A stretch of 64,000 nucleotides of DNA from an uncultured Clostridium sp. (GTDB lineage: Bacteria > Bacillota_I > Bacilli_A > RF39 > UBA660). Numbering within the stretch: the stretch's first letter is position 1; every line of letters begins with the position of its first letter. Shown here piece by piece: positions 8,569 to 19,076 of this stretch. The translations under genes were made by a program, and so were the position numbers. Below the pieces are notes generated by a model. The model was given only the letters and a program-made list of their open reading frames with translations. It had not been told where the DNA came from and searched no databases. The DNA lies in NCBI GenBank assembly GCA_905193755.1, contig CAJJPX010000001.1, forward strand, positions 210,348-274,347, written 5' to 3'.

Positions 8569-9342
8569 TTAGTTTTTCTTTTTACTAAGTTCTTCAAAAT
8601 ACTTAATTTCATTTTCAAAATTATTGGTATTTATTTCATTTATATAGATTTTATATATAACTTTATCTTGTTTTTTATTAATTATTTTTTCAATTTCACT
8701 AAAATCATAACTAATTTGATTTATTTTTTTACTACCATATTCAATTGTTATTTGTATTTTTTTATCTTCTTCTATTGAATATGTTGTTTTATAAATATTA
8801 TTATATTCCGTTAGATAATTACTAACATTTATTTCACATGTATTATTATCTATAAATTCACAATAATTTATTATCTTTTTTAATAAATCAATATTATAAA
8901 CATATTGAGGTATATCATTTTTAATAGTATTATTTTTATCAAGTACAAAGTCTTCCCCTTCAATTATATATTGTTTACCTTTATATTCTACGTATCCTTC
9001 ATTATTAAGAGAACTTCCATAAAAAATAGTAAAATCTTTTTCCCTACTTATTTCTAATTTATCTTCTTTTTCTTCATCATTAACAGTTTTATATATTTCC
9101 AACTTATAATTATCTTTTACTAAATCAAGTTTATTAATTATATCTTCTTTTTTAACAGTTATCGTTTCTTCTTTTTTTTCATTATTTTTATTAGTAGTTT
9201 TATTCTCACCAGGATTTATAGATAATATAGAAGCACAAACTATCGCAATAATAAAATATATTAAAAATTTTTGTTTTAAATCTTGCTCTTTCTCTTCTTT
9301 TGTTGGCTCTTTTTCTTCTTTTTTAAATAAATCTTTTAACAT
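8569..9342 (-). CDS. Hypothetical membrane-anchored protein (257 aa)
   Basis: SD GGAG. One TM helix after a K/E-rich N-terminus. Overlaps the fmt stop by 7 nt. Confidence 0.6.
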   Translation of the reverse strand: MLKDLFKKEEKEPTKEEKEQDLKQKFLIYFIIAIVCASILSINPGENKTTNKNNEKKEETITVKKEDIINKLDLVKDNYKLEIYKTVNDEEKEDKLEISREKDFTIFYGSSLNNEGYVEYKGKQYIIEGEDFVLDKNNTIKNDIPQYVYNIDLLKKIINYCEFIDNNTCEINVSNYLTEYNNIYKTTYSIEEDKKIQITIEYGSKKINQISYDFSEIEKIINKKQDKVIYKIYINEINTNNFENEIKYFEELSKKKN

Positions 9343-10265
9343 AATATTTCTCCAACTATAGTTTTATTTTTACCATTTAAATAATCTCTAACTGCCATTT
9401 CTTTTTTACCACTTGGTTTTAACCTTGTAATTATAATATTTTTATCTTTACACATTACACTTATTCCATCTTTAGAAGTTTCTATTATTTCACCAGGTTT
9501 TCCTTTGGAAGTATTTCCTATCCTAGATTCACATATTTTAATTACTTCTCCGTTAAGTGTAGTATACGCCACTGGAAAAGGATACATTCCTCTTATTTGA
9601 TTAAATACTTCACGAGCTGTTTTATTAAAATCTATCTTTTCTTCTTCACGTTTTATATTGTATGCATAAGTAACTTCATTAGGATCCTGCTTAATTCTTG
9701 TAATATTGCCACTAAATATATTAGGAAGTGTTTCTAATAATAAATCACGTCCCATAATGCTAAGTTCATCATGTATTATTCCAACATTATCTGTATCTTT
9801 TATTTCTATACTTCTTTGAGTAATAATATCCCCATCATCCATACCAGGAGCCATATACATAATAGTTATTCCTGTTTCTTTATATCCATCGATTATACAT
9901 TTATGTAATGGACTTCCACCTCTAAGTTTTGGAAGTAAAGATGCATGAACATTTATAGCTTTATATTTAGGTGTATCAAGTAAAATACTTGGTATTATTT
10001 GACCATAAGCACAAGTCACAATAACATCAGGATTACACTCTAATACATGCTCATATTCATTTCTAATTTTAACTGGTTGATATACTTCAATATTATGTTT
10101 TAACGCACATTCTTTTACTGGTGTAGCTTTAAGTTCATGATGTCTTCCTGACTCTTTATCAGGTTGAGTCACAACTAAAACAACATTAGTATTTTCTATT
10201 AACATTTCTAAAACAGGTACACTAAATTCAGGTGTTCCCATAAATACTACTCTTTTATCTTTCAT
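9336..10265 (-). CDS. fmt: Methionyl-tRNA formyltransferase
   Basis: FMGTPEFSVPVLEML, INVHASLLPKLRGGSPL, typical length. Confidence 0.93.
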   Translation of the reverse strand: MKDKRVVFMGTPEFSVPVLEMLIENTNVVLVVTQPDKESGRHHELKATPVKECALKHNIEVYQPVKIRNEYEHVLECNPDVIVTCAYGQIIPSILLDTPKYKAINVHASLLPKLRGGSPLHKCIIDGYKETGITIMYMAPGMDDGDIITQRSIEIKDTDNVGIIHDELSIMGRDLLLETLPNIFSGNITRIKQDPNEVTYAYNIKREEEKIDFNKTAREVFNQIRGMYPFPVAYTTLNGEVIKICESRIGNTSKGKPGEIIETSKDGISVMCKDKNIIITRLKPSGKKEMAVRDYLNGKNKTIVGEILC

Positions 10266-10289
10266 TTTTTCACCTTCACATAAATTATA

Positions 10290-12443
10290 TTAAATATTTA
10301 TATTTATATCAATAGACACATTCTTTATATTAATATTATTTACTTCCTTCATTACTGGTAATAAATTATCTATCTTTTTATACTTTATCATTATATTAAA
10401 TCTATATTTATTATTAAGTCTTACTATACTCGATACTGATGGACCTAGTACTATAAATTCATTTTCATTAAGTTTACTATCTATAAATCTTTTAACTTTA
10501 TTAGCAGCATCCCCTGCTTCATTAAATGTAGTACTTGTTATTAAAATATTACAAATGTAATAATATGGTGGATACATTAATTTCTTACGAATATTCATTT
10601 CATAATTAAAGAAAGCATCAAAATCATTTTTAACTACACTTTTATATACATAGTTAGTTGGATTATATGTTTGTATTATAACTTTACCTGGTAAATTAAA
10701 TCTTCCTACTCTTCCAGCTGTTTGACTTAATAGTTCATATGTTTTTTCACTACTTCTAAAGTCTGGAATAGAAAGACTAGCATCACTATTTATAGTTCCG
10801 ACTAAACTAACATTTTCAAAGTTAAGTCCCTTAGAAATCATTTGAGTTCCAACAAGTATACTATATTTACCACTTGAAAACTCTTTTATTAGTTTTTGAT
10901 GAGCATTTTTAGTACTAGTAGTATCAGCATCCATTCTAAGAACTTCTACATTATATTTTTTAGCTATCATACTTTCTAACTTTTCTGTTCCAAGTCCTAA
11001 ATCTTTAATAGCTTCTTCATGACAACTAGGACACACATCACTCTTCATGCATCTATATCCACAATAGTGACAACTATAACTATTACTACTCTTATGATAA
11101 ATTAATGATATATCACAGTTAGGACACTTATATACAAATCCACAGTTAGTACAACTTAAAAATGTAGAATAACCTCGTCTATTTAATAAAAGTATTACTT
11201 GTTCTTTTCTCTCTAACGCTCCCTTTATTTCTTTATCAAGTTTATCACTAATTATATAATTATGTTTTTTAGCTTCCTTGTCCATATCAACAATTTCAAA
11301 AGATGGAAGCCTACCACTTATTCTAGAAGGAAGATTTATTAAATGAAATACTCCTTTTTTACCTCTAGCATATTGTTCTAAAGAAGGAGTTGCACTTCCC
11401 ATAATTACTTTAGCATTATTATATTCACTTCTTTTAAAAGCAATATCTATCGCATTATATTTAGGAGTATTATCTTGTTTATAAGTTTGACTTTGACATT
11501 CGTCTATTATTATTAAACCTATATTTTTTAAAGGAGCAAACACTGCACTTCTAGCACCTACTACTAAAGAAACTTCTCCATTCATTATTCTTCTATATTC
11601 ATCATACTTCTCTCCCTCACTTAAAGAACTATGAAACACAGCTACATTATCTCCAAATACACCCTTAAAACGAGCTACTATTTGAGGAGTTAAAGATATT
11701 TCTGGCACTAATACTATACCAGTTTTATTTAATTTCAAAGTACGTCTTAAAAGTTCAATATATACTTCAGTCTTACCACTACCAGTAACACCATATAATA
11801 AAAATTTATTATCGCTAGAATTTAATATCTCATCTACTGCTTTTAATTGTCCTTCTGTTAAATTAATAGTTTTCTTTTCTTCTTCTACCTCTACTTCTCT
11901 ATTAACTTCATATTTACTCTCTATTACTATTCCTTTTTCTATTAACTTCTTTATTGAACTACTAAATTCTTTTCTTTCTTTTTCACCACTTCTAAGACTC
12001 TCTATTATACTTATTTCAGTCTTATTTCTCTTGTGTTCAAGAATATATTTATCTATATCTATTTCTTTATTCAATGATACTTTAGTTATATATTTTCTAT
12101 TTATATTAGTCTTTAATGATGCTTTTAAAGCCTTAGGTAACATTACTTGATAGCAAGATATTAAATTACATAACAAAAAATCACTCATATATTTGCCTAA
12201 CTTGAGTAATTCTTCATTTAAATAAAAATCACTTTCTTGTATTCTTATAATACTTCTATATTCTAAATTTTCATCTTTATTATTATGAATCTTAAGTACA
12301 AAGCCTTCTACTTCTACTTTTCCAAAAGGAATTATTACTTTATGTCCAACTCTTATACTTTCTTTTATATCTTCTGGAATTATATAATCAAATACTTTAT
12401 TTAATGATTTTACTGAATACTCTATTAATACACTCGCAAGCAT
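10290..12443 (-). CDS. priA: Primosomal replication-restart helicase PriA
   Basis: Walker A GVTGSGKT and the Cys-rich zinc module CTNCG...CPNC...CHYCG...CPSC. Motif II reads DECQ instead of the usual DEEH. Confidence 0.92.
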   Translation of the reverse strand: MLASVLIEYSVKSLNKVFDYIIPEDIKESIRVGHKVIIPFGKVEVEGFVLKIHNNKDENLEYRSIIRIQESDFYLNEELLKLGKYMSDFLLCNLISCYQVMLPKALKASLKTNINRKYITKVSLNKEIDIDKYILEHKRNKTEISIIESLRSGEKERKEFSSSIKKLIEKGIVIESKYEVNREVEVEEEKKTINLTEGQLKAVDEILNSSDNKFLLYGVTGSGKTEVYIELLRRTLKLNKTGIVLVPEISLTPQIVARFKGVFGDNVAVFHSSLSEGEKYDEYRRIMNGEVSLVVGARSAVFAPLKNIGLIIIDECQSQTYKQDNTPKYNAIDIAFKRSEYNNAKVIMGSATPSLEQYARGKKGVFHLINLPSRISGRLPSFEIVDMDKEAKKHNYIISDKLDKEIKGALERKEQVILLLNRRGYSTFLSCTNCGFVYKCPNCDISLIYHKSSNSYSCHYCGYRCMKSDVCPSCHEEAIKDLGLGTEKLESMIAKKYNVEVLRMDADTTSTKNAHQKLIKEFSSGKYSILVGTQMISKGLNFENVSLVGTINSDASLSIPDFRSSEKTYELLSQTAGRVGRFNLPGKVIIQTYNPTNYVYKSVVKNDFDAFFNYEMNIRKKLMYPPYYYICNILITSTTFNEAGDAANKVKRFIDSKLNENEFIVLGPSVSSIVRLNNKYRFNIMIKYKKIDNLLPVMKEVNNINIKNVSIDININI

Positions 12444-12973
12444 TAAATTCCTCTTAAGAATGGATTATATTTAAGTTCATGTTCTACAGTAGTCTCTTCA
12501 TCATGACCAGGATACACTTTTACATTAACAGACATATATTTAAATACTTTAAGACTATTTATCATAACTTGTTCATTATCTTCTTCAAAGTTACCTATTG
12601 TTTCTTTAAATACAAAGTCTCCTGTAAATAATATATCATTTTTATCAAAATAAAATGATACACTATCCATAGTATGTCCATATGTCTCTATTACTTTAAA
12701 TTCAAATGTATCTATTTTGACATCTCCTTTTGTTTTATAATCAACTATTCTAGCAGTCGGATAAATCTCTTTAAATGTTTCTAGGCATCCCACATGATCA
12801 AAATGATAATGTGTAATTAGTATACCTTTAACATGCAAACCTCTACTATTTATTTCAGTTAATATTTTCTTTTGATCATCTCCTGGATCTACAACTAAAC
12901 AATCTATTCCATTATGTATAATATAACAATTTTCTTTTAAAAATCCAGTTACCACTCTTACAACTTCTAACAT
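12443..12973 (-). CDS. MBL-fold metallo-hydrolase
   Basis: THYHFDHVG (HxHxDH) motif and GHT later in the sequence. Confidence 0.8.
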   Translation of the reverse strand: MLEVVRVVTGFLKENCYIIHNGIDCLVVDPGDDQKKILTEINSRGLHVKGILITHYHFDHVGCLETFKEIYPTARIVDYKTKGDVKIDTFEFKVIETYGHTMDSVSFYFDKNDILFTGDFVFKETIGNFEEDNEQVMINSLKVFKYMSVNVKVYPGHDEETTVEHELKYNPFLRGI

Positions 12974-13485
12974 GACTTCACCTCTTCATCTTTAAACATA
13001 TCTATTAATTCATCTAAATGATTAAGTACTCTATATCCATGACTTTCAAGCTCTTTAGAGAATCTTATAGCTATACCACCATTCTCTTCCCATTCTTTTA
13101 AATTACCTGAATAATCATCCACTAGTATTGCCCCTTCACTATGAACCACTTTAGTTTTAGAAATTTCCTTAGGTACCATAATAATAGTTATATCTTTAAA
13201 ATGACGTCTTAAATATTCTACCTTAACACATCCTTCAGTTAAAGAATTAACATGAGTCAAAAATGATATTTCAAACATCTTACTATCAATTAACTTCTTA
13301 ATACAATTTATTGAGTCGTTAAGAATATTTTCATCATTAATTATTTTAGAAAAATCATAACTAGCAAAGAACACTCTTATCTCACTTTCATTAGTTACAT
13401 CAGCTCCACTCTTTTGTAAAGCTTCATATAATGGAGGAATCGTATCCATAACAACCCCATCAAAATCAATATATAATCTCTTCAT
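12967..13485 (-). CDS. HAD-superfamily hydrolase (nucleotidase-like)
   Basis: MKRLYIDFDGVVMDT carries the DxDG motif. The start is moved to the ATG at 13485 behind AGAGG, which removes the overlap with the upstream gene that the 214-aa ORF would have. Confidence 0.7.
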   Translation of the reverse strand: MKRLYIDFDGVVMDTIPPLYEALQKSGADVTNESEIRVFFASYDFSKIINDENILNDSINCIKKLIDSKMFEISFLTHVNSLTEGCVKVEYLRRHFKDITIIMVPKEISKTKVVHSEGAILVDDYSGNLKEWEENGGIAIRFSKELESHGYRVLNHLDELIDMFKDEEVKSC

Positions 13486-13579
13486 AATATTACCTCTTAT
13501 TAACAATATAATATTTTGACTCAAAAATGTCAATAAATTTAACACGAAAATTTGTTTGTTATAAAAAATTAAAAAAGAT

Positions 13580-14185
13580 TTATTCATTTGATAATAAATC
13601 TTTAACTTCATTATTTTTATTTAACCCTACAAGTTTCAAATCACAAGTATCACTATATAAAGATATTTTAGTATATTCTTCATCTAATGGAAGTTCTAAA
13701 AATGGTTCACCACTAAATAATCCATCTTCTTCTTCAGTTTTATAGACTTTCCCATCTTCAGTAAGTGCAACATATATTAAATCACATTCACTATTAGTAG
13801 AATCTATACTTATTACTTTAGACTCTATATTATCATATACTTTAATTACTTTACCAGTTAAGTCTTCAAAAACAAGTTTTCCTTCATCATTTATTTTTAA
13901 GGTTCCTGCTTCATTTTCATTAGTATCATAATTGAACATATTATCTACTTTAATAGATTTCTTAATTGAAAATTTATACTCTTTATTTTCAAATTTAAAA
14001 CATTCATATCCATTATCACAACTAAGATATATGTCTTCTAGTCCTTTTTCTTCATCAACATCATTATTCTTATCTTTATCATTAGTTTTATCAGCAACAT
14101 CTTTATATTCTTGATTATAATAATAAACTCCACCAACAACTAATACGCATAAGAATATAATAATTAATACTTTTTTAATTTTCAT
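13580..14185 (-). CDS. Hypothetical secreted or membrane-anchored protein (201 aa)
   Basis: N-terminal hydrophobic helix after MKIKK. SD GGTGGAAG. Confidence 0.6.
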   Translation of the reverse strand: MKIKKVLIIIFLCVLVVGGVYYYNQEYKDVADKTNDKDKNNDVDEEKGLEDIYLSCDNGYECFKFENKEYKFSIKKSIKVDNMFNYDTNENEAGTLKINDEGKLVFEDLTGKVIKVYDNIESKVISIDSTNSECDLIYVALTEDGKVYKTEEEDGLFSGEPFLELPLDEEYTKISLYSDTCDLKLVGLNKNNEVKDLLSNE

Positions 14186-14217
14186 ACTTCCACCTACCTA
14201 TAAAAATTATATCATAT

Positions 14218-15630
14218 TTAGTCTTTAATATATACTCCATCCATTGAAAAACTTTTAGTATCTGTTATTTTAACATTAACAATATTACCAATTAATTCTT
14301 TAGGTCCTTCTATATTAACAAGTTTCATATTTTCAGTATATCCACATACTTTAGTTTTATCTTTATCACTTAGTCCCGTTACTAAACATTTAACTATAGT
14401 ATTATTCATTCTCTTATTAGCTTCATTGCTATATTTGTTTATTACTTCATTTAGTCTATGAAGTCTTTCCATTTTAACTTCTTCAGCAATAGCATCTTTC
14501 ATTAAAGCAGCTGGTGTATTTTCACGAGGACTATATGCAAAAGTAAATGCTCCGTCAAATTTACACTCATTTACAAGTTTTAAAGTATCTTCAAAATCTT
14601 CTTCAGTTTCGCCTGGAAATCCCACTATTATATCAGTAGTAACACTAGAATTCTTAACTTTACTACGAATACTCTTATAAAGTTTTAAGTATTCACTACT
14701 AGTATATTTTCTATTCATTAATTTTAGTATCTTATCACTACCAGATTGAAGTGGTAAATGTATATATGGCATTATATTATCACGACTTGCTATTATATCT
14801 ACCATTTCATCAGTAAAATCCCATGGATGACTAGTAACAAATCTGATTCTTTCTATTCCAGTATCACTTACATCACTAAGTAAGTTTGCAAGATTATAGT
14901 CTTCATACAAATCTTTTCCATAAGCGTTTACATTTTGTCCTAAAAGAGTTACTTCTTTATAACCATTTTTAACAAGTTCTTTTACTTCTTCAACAATAGC
15001 TTCATGCTTTCTACTTCTTTGAGTACCACGAGTATAAGGAACTATACAATAAGTACAAAACTTATCACAACCATATATTATGTCAACCCAAGCACTATAT
15101 TTACTTTCTCTTAACACTGGTACATTCTCAACAACATCACCTTCATAACTAAGTACTTCTATTTGTTGTTTTTTAGTATCAATTTTATTCTTAACTATAG
15201 ATATCAAATTATCTAAATTATGAGTTCCACATACAAAATCTACATATTTATATTTATTTAATATATCTTTAACTACCACTTCTTCTTGAGCCATACATCC
15301 ACATATACCTATTAATAAGTCAGGTTTGCTTTGTTTCAAATGCTTTAAAACACCTAAAAAACCAAATACTTTATCATGAGCATTTTCACGTATCGCACAA
15401 GTATTAAGAATTACAACGTCAGCTTCTTCTATAGAATCTACTAGTTTAAAACCAGCACTCTTCATCATACCTCTTATTTTCTCAGAATCATGTTCATTCA
15501 TCTGACAACCATAAGTTCTTACAAAGAATGTTTTTCCTTCACCAAATTTATCAAAATTCTTATCATAATCTACATACTTTATTTCATTTTGATTTCTCTT
15601 TTTTGCATCTAACATATTAGGTGTTTTCAT
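14218..15630 (-). CDS. miaB: tRNA-2-methylthio-N6-dimethylallyladenosine synthase MiaB
   Basis: Radical-SAM CDKFCTYCIVP, N-terminal YGCQMNEHDSE, C-terminal TRAM domain. ATG at 15630 preferred (SD GACGGAG). Confidence 0.9.
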   Translation of the reverse strand: MKTPNMLDAKKRNQNEIKYVDYDKNFDKFGEGKTFFVRTYGCQMNEHDSEKIRGMMKSAGFKLVDSIEEADVVILNTCAIRENAHDKVFGFLGVLKHLKQSKPDLLIGICGCMAQEEVVVKDILNKYKYVDFVCGTHNLDNLISIVKNKIDTKKQQIEVLSYEGDVVENVPVLRESKYSAWVDIIYGCDKFCTYCIVPYTRGTQRSRKHEAIVEEVKELVKNGYKEVTLLGQNVNAYGKDLYEDYNLANLLSDVSDTGIERIRFVTSHPWDFTDEMVDIIASRDNIMPYIHLPLQSGSDKILKLMNRKYTSSEYLKLYKSIRSKVKNSSVTTDIIVGFPGETEEDFEDTLKLVNECKFDGAFTFAYSPRENTPAALMKDAIAEEVKMERLHRLNEVINKYSNEANKRMNNTIVKCLVTGLSDKDKTKVCGYTENMKLVNIEGPKELIGNIVNVKITDTKSFSMDGVYIKD

Positions 15631-15689
15631 AATAATCAACTCCGTCACATATTATAGCAAATATTAAATAAAAAAGAAACAACAGTTTT

Positions 15690-16064
15690 TTAACTTACTA
15701 TTATTGTTCTGTCATCACTGCATATACAAGTATTACCATTTATTTCATATTTAGAATTACAATACTCTTCACATTGATCTTCTTTAGACTTAGGTGCCAT
15801 CGCAGGTTTAACTATAAGCATGAAGACTAAAGCAACTATAAGAACTAAAGCCCCCATACCTATCAAATAATATTTAAGTACTTTTTCAAGTCTAGTATCA
15901 TTACCCTTCATTAGAACACAAAATAATATTCCTACCATTGGAAACATAAATAACAACATTAATCCCATTACTAAATAATAATTATTAGTATTTATTTGAT
16001 TTCCACATCTGGGACAATATTTAGCGTTATCTAGAATTTCTTGTCCACAATTATTACATCTCAT
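15690..16064 (-). CDS. Zinc-ribbon membrane protein with a C-terminal 4-Cys module
   Basis: CNNCG...CPRCG ribbon, two hydrophobic segments, then CEEYCNSKYEINGNTCIC. Paralogue of the N-terminal half of 16075-16935. Confidence 0.65.
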   Translation of the reverse strand: MRCNNCGQEILDNAKYCPRCGNQINTNNYYLVMGLMLLFMFPMVGILFCVLMKGNDTRLEKVLKYYLIGMGALVLIVALVFMLIVKPAMAPKSKEDQCEEYCNSKYEINGNTCICSDDRTIIVS

Positions 16065-16074
16065 ATTTACCTCT

Positions 16075-16935
16075 TTAAAAACTACTTAAATCCTGTTTCA
16101 TATTATTTATAAAGTCTATTGTTTCTTCAAGATCCATTCCACCAACTCTTTCATTTAATACTTTTCCATTAAAAGTTATAAATGTATAAGGAACGCTTCC
16201 TTTAAATTTATTTAACTGTAATGAAGTTATATAAGCAGTATAATCTTCTTTACTTAGTTTATCATTTTCTATAAAGAATAATTTAATTTTTTTCTTTTTA
16301 GCAGCATCTATAACTATTGGTTTATAATTTTGACAGTGTGGACACCAACTAGCAGCTATAACATTAATAACATATTCACTTGAAGAGACAGTATTTAACC
16401 ACTCGGTCTTATCAAATTTAGTTTTAATTAATTCATCATCTGTATATGTTTTATCATCATTATTAAAATTATTTCCATCATCAACATTACTATCATCATT
16501 ATTGTTATTATTATCATCATTATTATTTATTTCTTCACGTTCAGGAAACATATCATAACTTCTTCCATCTTTACATACACAGTAATAATTTTCTATAGAG
16601 TATTCTCCATCACAAAATTTAGAACATTTAAATTCTCTAGATGAAGGATCATTTAAAGGAGAAAACATAGAAGCAAGTCCATAAGCAAGTAAAATTAACC
16701 CTCCAATAAAAACAACAAGAATAACAAAATAATAAAGTAATACTTTTTTTAGTCTACTATCAGATTTCATCGTCAATAAACAAAATATAATTCCAATAAG
16801 AGGCATAAATAATAAAAGTAAAACTCCAATTAATAAATAATCATTATTTGAACTCACATTTCCTAGTTGATTCCCACAATTAGGACAAAAATTATTTTTA
16901 TTTTCTATATTATATCCACATCTATTACACTTCAT
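16075..16935 (-). CDS. Zinc-ribbon membrane protein with a 4-Cys module fused to a thioredoxin-fold domain (WCPHC)
   Basis: CNRCG...CPNCG, two hydrophobic segments, CSKFCDGEYSIENYYCVC, an Asn/Asp-rich linker, then ASWCPHCQNYKP. Confidence 0.7.
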   Translation of the reverse strand: MKCNRCGYNIENKNNFCPNCGNQLGNVSSNNDYLLIGVLLLLFMPLIGIIFCLLTMKSDSRLKKVLLYYFVILVVFIGGLILLAYGLASMFSPLNDPSSREFKCSKFCDGEYSIENYYCVCKDGRSYDMFPEREEINNNDDNNNNNDDSNVDDGNNFNNDDKTYTDDELIKTKFDKTEWLNTVSSSEYVINVIAASWCPHCQNYKPIVIDAAKKKKIKLFFIENDKLSKEDYTAYITSLQLNKFKGSVPYTFITFNGKVLNERVGGMDLEETIDFINNMKQDLSSF

Positions 16936-16994
16936 ATTAACAACTCACTTTATTATCCTATGAAAATTATAGCGCAACTAAAAAGATTTAAAAA

Positions 16995-18944
16995 CTAATT
17001 TAAATCTTTTAACTCAAATATTACATCACGAAGTTCAGTTGCTCTTTCAAAGTCAAGTCTACTAGCAGCCTCCTTCATCTCTATTTCAAGTTTATGAATC
17101 ATATCATTTAATTCTTTCTTAGAATATTTTTTCTTTTCAATTTTTTGTTCTTCTACTTCATTAGTTATAGCCTCTTTAATATCTTTAACTATTGTTTTAG
17201 GAACAATACCATGTTCTTTATTATATTTTTCTTGTATAGCACGTCTTCTATTAGTTTCACTAATTGCAATCTTCATCGCATCACTCATCGTATCAGCATA
17301 CATTATTACTTTACCATTTTGGTTTCTAGCAGCCCTTCCTATAGTTTGTATTAAACTTCTATCACTTCTTAAAAATCCTTGTTTATCAGCATCCATAATA
17401 CAAATCAATGACACTTCTGGTATATCAATGCCTTCACGAAGTAGATTTATTCCAACAACTACATCTATCTTACCAAGTCTAAGATTACGTATTATGTTAA
17501 GTCTCTCTAAAGTTTTAATTTCATTATGTAAATATGTTACTTTATATCCAAGTTCTTTCAAATATGATGTTAATTCTTCACTCATACGTATAGTAAGAGT
17601 AGTAATAAGTACTCTTTCATTCTTAGCTATTCTATCATTTATTTCTTCAATAATATTATCTATTTGATTCTTAGTTGGTCTTACATCAATTATAGGATCT
17701 AATAATCCAGTTGGTCTAATAATTTGTTCAACTGGTTTATCAACTAGTGAAAGTTCATAATCCCCAGGTGTTGCTGACACATATATTACTTGGTTAAGTT
17801 TAGACTTAAATTCATCAAACTTTAAAGGTCTATTATCCATCGCACTAGGAAGTCTAAATCCATAATCAACAAGAGTTTGTTTACGCATATGATCTCCATT
17901 ATACATACCTCTTACTTGAGGAAGTGTAACATGACTTTCATCTATTACAAGCAAGAAATCATCAGGAAAGAAATCAATCAAAGTAGTTGGCGTTTCACCT
18001 GCATCTCTAAGTGACATATGTCTACTATAATTTTCTATACCATGACAAAAACCAGTCTCTTTAAGCATCTCTATATCATACATAGTTCTTTCTTTAAGTC
18101 TTTGTTCTTCAAGAAGTTTACCTTCTTCATGTAACTCTTTAAGTCTGCCTTCAAGTTCTGCTTCTATTCTCCTAGTTGCTTCTTGTATTTTTTCGTCACT
18201 AGTTACAAATAATGATGCTGGGAATATACTTATAGTTTTAACACTACTATTTACTCTACCACTAAGTGGGTCAAATAAACTTATTTTATCTATTTCATCA
18301 CCAAATAATTCTACTCTAATACCACTCTTCTTTTCTCCAATAGGTATTAACTCTATAGTATCCCCTTTAACTCTAAAAGTACCACGTTTTAAATCAAAGA
18401 CACTTCTTTCATACTGCATACCAACTAGCTTTTCAAGAATTGCATCTCTGTCAATTGTATCTCCTACTGAAAGGTTAAGCATCTTATTTATATATTCTTC
18501 CTTCTCACCAATACTATATATGCAAGAAACACTAGACACTATTATAGTATCTCGTCTATCTATTATAGCAGCAGTAGCAGCATGTCTTAATTCATCTATT
18601 TCATCATTAATACTAGAGTCTTTCTCAATATATAAGTCTTTACTTGGCACATATGCTTCAGGCTGATAGTAATCGTAGTATGAAACAAAGTACTCTACTT
18701 TATTATTAGGAAATAACTCTTTGAATTCAGCATACAACTGTCCAGCAAGTGTTTTATTATGAGCAAGAATTAACGTAGGCTTATTAGTTTTTGCAATAAT
18801 ATTTGCTATAGTAAAAGTTTTACCAGTACCAGTTGCACCTAAAAGAACTTGATTCTTTTTACCACTATTAACTCCATCAACAAGTTCTTTTATTGCTTCA
18901 GGTTGATCACCACTAGGTTTATATTTACTTACTAGTTCAAACAT
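16995..18944 (-). CDS. uvrB: Excinuclease ABC subunit B
   Basis: [12 protein letters not shown], and the C-terminal UVR domain ([15 protein letters not shown]). Confidence 0.97.
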   Translation of the reverse strand: MFELVSKYKPSGDQPEAIKELVDGVNSGKKNQVLLGATGTGKTFTIANIIAKTNKPTLILAHNKTLAGQLYAEFKELFPNNKVEYFVSYYDYYQPEAYVPSKDLYIEKDSSINDEIDELRHAATAAIIDRRDTIIVSSVSCIYSIGEKEEYINKMLNLSVGDTIDRDAILEKLVGMQYERSVFDLKRGTFRVKGDTIELIPIGEKKSGIRVELFGDEIDKISLFDPLSGRVNSSVKTISIFPASLFVTSDEKIQEATRRIEAELEGRLKELHEEGKLLEEQRLKERTMYDIEMLKETGFCHGIENYSRHMSLRDAGETPTTLIDFFPDDFLLVIDESHVTLPQVRGMYNGDHMRKQTLVDYGFRLPSAMDNRPLKFDEFKSKLNQVIYVSATPGDYELSLVDKPVEQIIRPTGLLDPIIDVRPTKNQIDNIIEEINDRIAKNERVLITTLTIRMSEELTSYLKELGYKVTYLHNEIKTLERLNIIRNLRLGKIDVVVGINLLREGIDIPEVSLICIMDADKQGFLRSDRSLIQTIGRAARNQNGKVIMYADTMSDAMKIAISETNRRRAIQEKYNKEHGIVPKTIVKDIKEAITNEVEEQKIEKKKYSKKELNDMIHKLEIEMKEAASRLDFERATELRDVIFELKDLN

Positions 18945-19061
18945 AATGCTTGCCTCCCTTAAACTTTATTTTAGTAACTATTTATCTATATTATTTCTCT
19001 TTTTGCTTTTTATATTCTAACACCTACATCAAATCAAAACAAGCGAACAAAAGAAAAAAGT

Positions 19062-19073
19062 AAACAAATGTTC
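19062..19073. promoter_or_regulatory. Candidate LexA (Cheo-like) box upstream of uvrB
   Basis: The minus strand reads GAAC-ATTT-GTTT, upstream of a TGtTAGAAT extended -10 element. Confidence 0.35.
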
Positions 19074-19076
19074 ACT

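Noticed and set aside
9336-12443. No def gene between priA and fmt
   Set aside because: Gene order varies between lineages and def may be elsewhere. This is not informative without the whole genome.
16995-18944. uvrB not followed by uvrA
   Set aside because: Separation of uvrA and uvrB occurs in many genomes, and uvrA may simply lie elsewhere.
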